DNA of 64,000 nt from Thermoplasmata archaeon (GTDB lineage: Archaea > Thermoplasmatota > Thermoplasmata > RBG-16-68-12 > JAFNFQ01): contig JBGPQV010000001.1 in NCBI GenBank assembly GCA_041489255.1, positions 256,001 to 320,000 on the forward strand, written 5' to 3'. The notes below the pieces were generated by a model. That model saw only the letters and a list, made by a program, of their open reading frames with translations. It made no database searches and was not told where the DNA came from. Positions within the stretch are counted from its first letter, which is position 1. Every line of letters starts with the position of its first letter. Positions 57,985 through 64,000 of the stretch are shown one piece after another. Made by a program: the position numbers and the translations under genes.

Positions 57985-60563
57985 GAGAGCTTGGCGAGCT
58001 TCGCAGCGAGATCAGCCTCCATCTCTTTGAAGCTCGCCTTCCTGGCCTCATCCAGGGCTATAACCAGGAGCTGGCGGGCCCTCTCCATTTTCCCCGCTGT
58101 CGAACAGGCAAGGGCTTGATATTCGAACACAATTGCGCGGGAAGCGGGCTCAGTCACATGTCGGAGCAATGAGTCGGACCGCCTCATGTGGGACTCGCCG
58201 AGATCCTCAAGACCGAGGGTCCATGTCTCCTTCGCGAGTATCGCCGCGCATCGCGATGCCCCCGCGTAGTTCTCGCGGCCTTCGTTCAGCTCCAGAGCTT
58301 CCTCGAGCAGAGGCAACAACTCTCTCTGTCGGCCCAAGTCAGACATGACGCTGGATAAATTGTAGAGGCATGCGGTAAGGACCACGCCGGCGCCGGTCGC
58401 GCGCGCCTCTGAAGTCGCTTTGATTAGGTACCGCTCGGCCTCCTCGTACTGCTTCAGCTCGTAGAGGTTGCCCCCCAGGCCCGCGCAAACCTTCGCGATA
58501 TCGAGCCTGCGACCTTCCCGCTCCAGCAGGCGGAGCGCTTCCTTCTCCTCTTCGACCGCCCCGATGAAGTCCTTCTGCATGGACCGAACGCGGCCGATCC
58601 CGTACACGCATAGCCCCTCCCATCGCCTGTCTCCGACATCGAACGCGATAGCCCGACCTTTTTCGAAACAGTCCCTGGCTTTGTCGAGCTGCCTTGTGTC
58701 CTCGTACGTGCCCCCGATCCAGTAATAGGTTTCCGCGAGGAGGCGCAGGGCCCCGAGACCTTCGAGACGCCGTCTGACCTTCAGCAGCAGGGGCTGGGCG
58801 AGACGGGAACCTCGCTCCAGCTCTGCCTTTCCCTGACCGAGGAGCGCCTCCGCCACGGTCTGGCGGCCTCCCCCTTTTTGGGAATTTCCGTACGCTCTCG
58901 CTGCTTGGGCGAAACGCCCCAGCGCGAACATCGCGTGGCCTTTAACCAGCCACAGACGTGACTCGACCTGTTTATTGCTCCGCAGGCGGATGAGCTGGTC
59001 CAGAAGCGGAAGGAAAGATTCTGCCAGCCCACCATCCACTATCTCCTCTCCCCTCTCCACCGCCAAACTCATCGCTTCACGTTTGACCCCGCCCGCGAGC
59101 ATGTGGCGCAGTGCAGAGATTGTTTCGCGCGAGCCGATGGATTCCGCGAGTATCTCTCCTGCCTTCCTGTGCAGCTCTGCCAGCCTCTCAGGTGGCAGGT
59201 TTTCGATGACGGCGGTCTTCACGAGATCGTGGACATCCAGACGCCCGTCCTCCATCTCTCTGACGAGGCACAAGCGCAGCAATTCGTTGGAGTGAGCCCC
59301 GAGGAGGCTCCTGGGAATAGGCTCGCCGTAGACCGATGCGAAGGCGAGCGCGTCTCTGGCCTTCTGGTGCAGCTGAGGCAGGACATCCTGCCCGAGCCAG
59401 TCGGTAGACCTGAGGTGGATAGACTCTAGGGGGAGCCTACCAGTTGCGGCGAGCTCGAGGGACAGCGGATGCCCGCCGCATTTCCTCAGTATATTGGCCC
59501 GCCTGCCTTCCTCCACGCCCATGACGGCCAGGACCTCTCCGGCTTTATCCAATGGGAGATCATCCAGCTTCTCCTCCCAGATTAGCCCCCGAACCACGCC
59601 CTCCGCCCTGAGGAACGGGGGGTCTTTTCGCGAGATCAACAGCAGCTTCGCGCCGCTTCCCCGAGGCCCTGCCTGTGTGAGAGTCTGCAGAAGCCTCTCC
59701 ACGTCCTTCTTTGCCGCATGAGCATCGTCGAGAACAATCAGCCCCTGGAATCCCGCCATGTCCCTCCGCAGAATCCCGATGGATTCATCTGAACTCGAGC
59801 CCCCTGTGCGTTGAAGATTGTTCAAGAGGGCGGGCTGGCCGACAGCGTGCAGAAGAAGGGCGAAATCCCTGATGAGATCGTTTGCCGTCGATTCCGGCAG
59901 TATCCGCCGCCATAGAATATGGATGCGACCCTGAAGCCCCATGATCCAGCGGGATGCGACAGCCGTCTTCCCGATTCCTGGGAGGCCGAGGAGAAGGAAC
60001 GCACGGCTCTGATCATCCTCAATGAACCCGTCAAGCCGGGACAGCACTTCCTCGCGGCCGCGGAAGTTCGGCACCGATATCGCCCCCCGCACATCGAAGA
60101 CCTTGCCTCTGCTGATCCGCGACTGCAACTCAAGGAAAGAGGCAAGGTCGAGGCGACCCGCCTCAACGCTGAATGACAAGTCGGAGAAGCGCGGCCGTTG
60201 CGGGAGGAGGGCTGCGACCTCGTACAATCGCATCTTGCTCTCACGGCCGGAGAAATCCCTCACGACGACCCACATTTCCTCAACATGCTTCCGGACCTCT
60301 CTCGCCCGGCGCGCCCCGTCATCGGTCAGGAAATACGCTGTGACCTTTCTCGTCCTGCCTCCGGCTCGGATCTTCACAGTCCTGACCAGTCCTTTCAGAC
60401 GGAGGTTCTTCATCGCGCGCGAAACGTGCTCCCGCCTGTCGCGAATCACATCCGCGATGCGATCCTGGGTCAGTTCCTCCGCTGCTGGACTGTCTGTCTC
60501 CACGTGTACCCGGTCGAGGAGGCAGAGGAGACACCTCTCCGCAGTCTTCACTCGCCGGGCCAC
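57981..60563 (-). CDS. wHTH-STAND NTPase-TPR protein
   Basis: N-terminal HTH (LTQDRIA...HVSR..K.L..KGLV), FRGREE, GLPGIGKT, IVLDDAH, GGHPL, VHDLV, TPR repeats. Confidence 0.88.
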   Translation of the reverse strand: MARRVKTAERCLLCLLDRVHVETDSPAAEELTQDRIADVIRDRREHVSRAMKNLRLKGLVRTVKIRAGGRTRKVTAYFLTDDGARRAREVRKHVEEMWVVVRDFSGRESKMRLYEVAALLPQRPRFSDLSFSVEAGRLDLASFLELQSRISRGKVFDVRGAISVPNFRGREEVLSRLDGFIEDDQSRAFLLLGLPGIGKTAVASRWIMGLQGRIHILWRRILPESTANDLIRDFALLLHAVGQPALLNNLQRTGGSSSDESIGILRRDMAGFQGLIVLDDAHAAKKDVERLLQTLTQAGPRGSGAKLLLISRKDPPFLRAEGVVRGLIWEEKLDDLPLDKAGEVLAVMGVEEGRRANILRKCGGHPLSLELAATGRLPLESIHLRSTDWLGQDVLPQLHQKARDALAFASVYGEPIPRSLLGAHSNELLRLCLVREMEDGRLDVHDLVKTAVIENLPPERLAELHRKAGEILAESIGSRETISALRHMLAGGVKREAMSLAVERGEEIVDGGLAESFLPLLDQLIRLRSNKQVESRLWLVKGHAMFALGRFAQAARAYGNSQKGGGRQTVAEALLGQGKAELERGSRLAQPLLLKVRRRLEGLGALRLLAETYYWIGGTYEDTRQLDKARDCFEKGRAIAFDVGDRRWEGLCVYGIGRVRSMQKDFIGAVEEEKEALRLLEREGRRLDIAKVCAGLGGNLYELKQYEEAERYLIKATSEARATGAGVVLTACLYNLSSVMSDLGRQRELLPLLEEALELNEGRENYAGASRCAAILAKETWTLGLEDLGESHMRRSDSLLRHVTEPASRAIVFEYQALACSTAGKMERARQLLVIALDEARKASFKEMEADLAAKLAKLS

Positions 60564-60581
60564 AAAATGGACATGTGCACA
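60563..60581. repeat. Copy 2 of CAAAATGGACATGTGCACA
   Basis: Abuts the STAND gene start and lies upstream of the divergent small ORF. Confidence 0.7.
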
Positions 60582-60616
60582 TAGTCCTTAAATGTCGCGA
60601 GACGAACATTCGGTTC

Positions 60617-60979
60617 ATGGAGACGTGTCGATTCCTCCCGCCGACAGAGGGGTGTGAGCAGTCTTCGGGTCGCAACGACGTTCTGGAAAGATGCTGCGCC
60701 TACCTGACAAAGGAAGGCTTCACGGTGTCGCTGGTCGTCAGCGTCCCGAGGAGTCGGGGACCGCGACCGCCTGACCTGATCGCGGCCAAGGGTCTGCGCC
60801 TCGTCAGGGTGTTCGCGCTTGCCGGCGAGGACATAGACGCTACGGAGACAAGGGACAGGATTCGCACGGCGCAGAAGGAGGGAGAGACCCTCGTCTGCGT
60901 TCCCTGGCCTCTGAAGTGGCGGGCCCTCTCGAACATCGATAGATGGGGGCTCCGCGGCGTGGCGGTCACGGGGTGGTAG
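60617..60979 (+). CDS. Small restriction-endonuclease-fold-like protein, likely inactive
   Basis: YLTKEGFTV...PDLIAAK, but VRVFAL where (D/E)xK is expected. Confidence 0.55.
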   Translation: METCRFLPPTEGCEQSSGRNDVLERCCAYLTKEGFTVSLVVSVPRSRGPRPPDLIAAKGLRLVRVFALAGEDIDATETRDRIRTAQKEGETLVCVPWPLKWRALSNIDRWGLRGVAVTGW

Positions 60980-61173
60980 GGAGGATTCGAATGAAAGGCC
61001 CCGTTGGAGGATGAACCAAGGCATCGCGGGGCGTAGAGACTCGCGTGCCTTGGCCTTTTTTCTGATCTTGCCCTGCAATGCCTCGTACTTGAACCTGACC
61101 GATAGAGAGGTTCGGGCGGCAAGTCAATAAGACGCAGGACGTTTCCCTGTCGCCGAGGCTGTCCTGCGGCGGT

Positions 61174-61791
61174 GTGCTGATGCTCGATGTCCTTGCCTTG
61201 TTCGGCGTGGGAGTGCTCCTTGGTCTGTCGATAGCGGCTCCCCCGGGACCCGCCAACGCGATGATCGCCACTCACGCGGTGACGAGGAAGCGCTGGTGGG
61301 CCGGCACGCTCGTGGGCTTCGGTGCGATGACTGCTGATGCGATGTTTCTCGCGATCACCTACCTCGTCGGCAGGGCCGTGCAGCCAGATGAGAATACCTT
61401 GGTCGCGATCTACGGCACAGGTGCGTGCGTCATGTTCTTCTTCGCGTACAACGCGAGCAGGGAATGGAGGAGGCCTCCGATGGACCAGCTGCAGGAGGTC
61501 CGACCGACGCATTCCTACTTCTCTGGCCTCGCAATCGGCCTGACCAATCCATATCAGATACTTTGGTGGTTGACGGCGGGACTCGCGTTCATCCAGAGCG
61601 TCGGCCTCGCGATTGTGGCGGGTTTCTTCTGCGGCATCATCATATGGACCGTGAGCTTCCCTTGGGCGCTCGACTTCGCGAAGAGGAGAATCGAGAAGGC
61701 GTATCATGTTGTCCTGCTCTTCTCGCTGGCCACCCTCGTCATCCTCGGAACCTGGCTCATCCTGCAGGTGGCGGTTCTCTTGCTGACATAG
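61174..61791 (+). CDS. LysE family translocator
   Basis: GLSIAAPPGP, GAMTAD, GLTNPYQILWW. Confidence 0.9.
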   Translation: MLMLDVLALFGVGVLLGLSIAAPPGPANAMIATHAVTRKRWWAGTLVGFGAMTADAMFLAITYLVGRAVQPDENTLVAIYGTGACVMFFFAYNASREWRRPPMDQLQEVRPTHSYFSGLAIGLTNPYQILWWLTAGLAFIQSVGLAIVAGFFCGIIIWTVSFPWALDFAKRRIEKAYHVVLLFSLATLVILGTWLILQVAVLLLT

Positions 61792-61868
61792 TCGCGCGAC
61801 CGCGAATCTCGGCGCGATGCTACGTCCGCGTGATAGAGAGATTGGCGGGTACAATATCTAACGGCCCG

Positions 61869-62090
61869 ATGCTGGACGGAATATCCACAGCCTACCTGAA
61901 CCGCCTTTACCCCGCGCAATGGGTCCTCGCGGAGGTCTTGGATGCGGATGCGAGGAAGAGACCGACGCGGGTGCGGGTAATCGCCCACAGCGCGAACCGG
62001 CAGGACATACACTCGGTCCTTATGCAATCGCATGGGCACCTCGTGCTCCTCTTCGTCGGGGCTCCGCGGATCGATAGCATTGCTTTCTAG
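61869..62090 (+). CDS. Small hypothetical protein (73 aa)
   Basis: ATG at 61869; YPAQWVL...VIAHS.NR pattern; fills the gap between LysE and the RadA-like gene. Confidence 0.5.
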   Translation: MLDGISTAYLNRLYPAQWVLAEVLDADARKRPTRVRVIAHSANRQDIHSVLMQSHGHLVLLFVGAPRIDSIAF

Positions 62091-62093
62091 GGC

Positions 62094-62894
62094 TCACCAC
62101 GGGACGCGCTGGTAACCAGTGTTCTCCTTCACCTCGCTCAGTTCCACGTCCAGAACCACATCTGCAATCCTCACCTGCTGGTCGGCGAAGTCGTCTATGG
62201 TCGCCTGGTTCGGCGGCACTGGCCTGAACAGCTCCCGGATTCCTTTGTCCGGCACGGTGACCTCGATGCCACGAGGGTGGTGCTGCAGCCTTACGACACT
62301 GTCGACCGACTCGTAGAGGACCTTCCGCAGCTTCCTGCGCCTGTTCATCTTCGAGAGGCCCGCGTTCGTCACGAGGGTGACGGTCTCGTGCTTCTCCGTG
62401 ACCTCCCTGATCTTCCTGAGAGACCGCATGAAGAGCTGATGCGCCTCGTCGTAGTCGACGTCCTCGTCGAGGAACAGGTCCGGGAGGCAGGCGAGGACGA
62501 GAAGGCCCGCCCCCGTCTCCTCGATCTTCTTCTCGACGACGTCGAGGATGAGGGTAGCCATCTGGTACGTGGTGAAGGCCCTGGCGACGTGTATCCTCGG
62601 CAGCACGTAGAGGCGGCTCATCCCGAACCTCTTCGCGAGCGACGCCATGCCGTACGGGTCAACGCTGTTCCCGCCATCGACGAAAACGACGCTGCCGCCA
62701 GTATCGAAGATGTGGCGGACGCAGAGCACGGATGTCATGTGGAAGACGAAGTCGCTGCCGCTGTCCACGAGGCTAACCTTCCCCGCCTCGAAGCCGCCAA
62801 TGATCGAGTCAAGGACGCCCAGCGATGTCTGCAGCGTGCGCCTGGCGGGAAGCGCCTGCTCCTGAAGGGCGATTGTCTCTGCAACTAGCGCCAC
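62094..62894 (-). CDS. Inactive RadA-like protein of the PolB2 module
   Basis: LDSIIGG..G, no GKT Walker A, FVDGGNS.DPY, ARAFT.YQ; C-terminal QATIDDF. Confidence 0.85.
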   Translation of the reverse strand: MALVAETIALQEQALPARRTLQTSLGVLDSIIGGFEAGKVSLVDSGSDFVFHMTSVLCVRHIFDTGGSVVFVDGGNSVDPYGMASLAKRFGMSRLYVLPRIHVARAFTTYQMATLILDVVEKKIEETGAGLLVLACLPDLFLDEDVDYDEAHQLFMRSLRKIREVTEKHETVTLVTNAGLSKMNRRRKLRKVLYESVDSVVRLQHHPRGIEVTVPDKGIRELFRPVPPNQATIDDFADQQVRIADVVLDVELSEVKENTGYQRVPW

Positions 62895-62962
62895 TTTTTC
62901 TCCCCTGCTGACCAGCGTTCACTGACTACAAAAGGCGGGAGAGGGGAGGGAGATGAGTGAAT

Positions 62963-63637
62963 CTACCGTTTGCCAGATGCGCCTTGTCTATAAGAGACTA
63001 AGACTTCCGCCGCCACGGTCCAGACCTTCAGAGGACTTTCGTGGATGGAGATAATTTCCTTGCAGAGGTCTTTCACAGGGCTGTTGAACGCCCCATGCGG
63101 GAAGCCGCCGATAATCATCGTCAGGTCGCCTTTCTTCTTGCCAAGGAAATCCTGCAAGTCGACTTTCTTGCCGGCGGAATCTAGGGCGACCGCCTTCCCG
63201 CCGGCCTCTTCCAACACCGCCTTCAAGTCTTTCCCGCTTTCCAACGTCAACAACGGGGAGCCCTCGGTCGGCACCCGCCCCGCCGCGAACAACTCCTCCA
63301 TCAGCCCGACGAACCTCGTGTAGTTCTTCGGAATCCGGGTCTCCGGCGCGATCGTGATCATCTCGTTGTTGCGCGTATGCACAATCGTCTTCAACCGGCC
63401 CTCTGAATTCAGGATCGAGTCGAGGCAGAGCAGCATGAAAAAGTGCACTATGTCGGGCCTGCCCCGCCGCTCTCCCTGCTCGAGTCTGTTCATGGCGGCA
63501 TGGTGGTAGCTCGAGTCCAGCAGCACCTTGGCGGGAGACTTGCCTCGCTTCCTCGCGTAGCTCCTGATGGCGGGATGACCTTGTATCTCCGGCGGGACAA
63601 GCTCCAGTTCAGAATCGGCGAGGACGAGGGTGAGCAT
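62963..63637 (-). CDS. nep1: 16S rRNA pseudouridine N1-methyltransferase (Nep1/Emg1)
   Basis: LELVP, LLDSSYHH, RGRPDIVH, RIPKNYTRF.GLM, IGGFPHG. Confidence 0.93.
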   Translation of the reverse strand: MLTLVLADSELELVPPEIQGHPAIRSYARKRGKSPAKVLLDSSYHHAAMNRLEQGERRGRPDIVHFFMLLCLDSILNSEGRLKTIVHTRNNEMITIAPETRIPKNYTRFVGLMEELFAAGRVPTEGSPLLTLESGKDLKAVLEEAGGKAVALDSAGKKVDLQDFLGKKKGDLTMIIGGFPHGAFNSPVKDLCKEIISIHESPLKVWTVAAEVLVSYRQGASGKR

Positions 63638-63645
63638 ACGCAATC

Positions 63646-64000
63646 CTAGCTCAGGATGTCCATGAGTCTCCCCGCCTTCCTCGCGAGCTTGATCTCGCGG
63701 GCGATCCTCCGCCCGGTCGACATGCCCGGCTCGATGAGGTCGGAGTAGGGGCTGCCTGAGATGAACAGGTTCGTCCCCGCGACGATCCGCGTGCTTATCT
63801 CGAACACCTTGAACTCGAGCTTGTCGTTCACGATCGACTCGAGGCAGAACGGGCCTATCATCCCGCCGAACAGCTCGAGGGATCTCTCCACGACCTTGTC
63901 GCCGAGCTCGAACGCCCTCGGCAGGAGAGACTCGCGAAGCACGACGGGCATGTTGCCCGTGACGACGAACGAGGGGTAGAAGCCCATGTCCCTCAGCCCC
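63646..64000 (-). CDS. purP: FAICAR synthetase PurP, C-terminal part (5' end outside window)
   Basis: [44 protein letters not shown]. Confidence 0.92.
   Translation of the reverse strand, partial: GLRDMGFYPSFVVTGNMPVVLRESLLPRAFELGDKVVERSLELFGGMIGPFCLESIVNDKLEFKVFEISTRIVAGTNLFISGSPYSDLIEPGMSTGRRIAREIKLARKAGRLMDILS

Noticed and set aside
1-64000. CRISPR arrays, rRNA, transposases, integrases
   Set aside because: None recognised by eye; short or degenerate elements could have been missed.

Overview
Archaeal chromosome segment, most likely Thermoplasmatota (inferred from Lsm-rpl37e synteny, PurP, Nep1, PolB2, HgcC-like and Rab-like genes). It contains: housekeeping genes; a metal-related patch (B12-binding protein + ABC transporter, ferritin-like, HgcC-like, ArsM); a tRNA-Leu(UAA) with a 30-nt bulge-helix-bulge intron in the T-loop; a giant membrane-anchored subtilase; a ~20 kb surface-glycan cluster interrupted by copper genes; and a split PolB2 module flanking a STAND-TPR locus. 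The main candidate for a new system is a three-gene minus-strand operon at 13735-16752. It encodes an Mpa/ARC-type double-OB AAA+ ATPase, a single PafA/Dop-family enzyme, and a 58-aa ORF missing from the ORF track that resembles Pup/UBact. The tag-type motif of this ORF (RY-x4-GQ) is internal, followed by GGDRRT, and the enzyme lacks the two arginines I recall binding the tag's C-terminal carboxylate. This suggests a variant archaeal pupylation-like system that conjugates through an internal or processed Gln. All family assignments come from motif reading by eye; no database searches were run.
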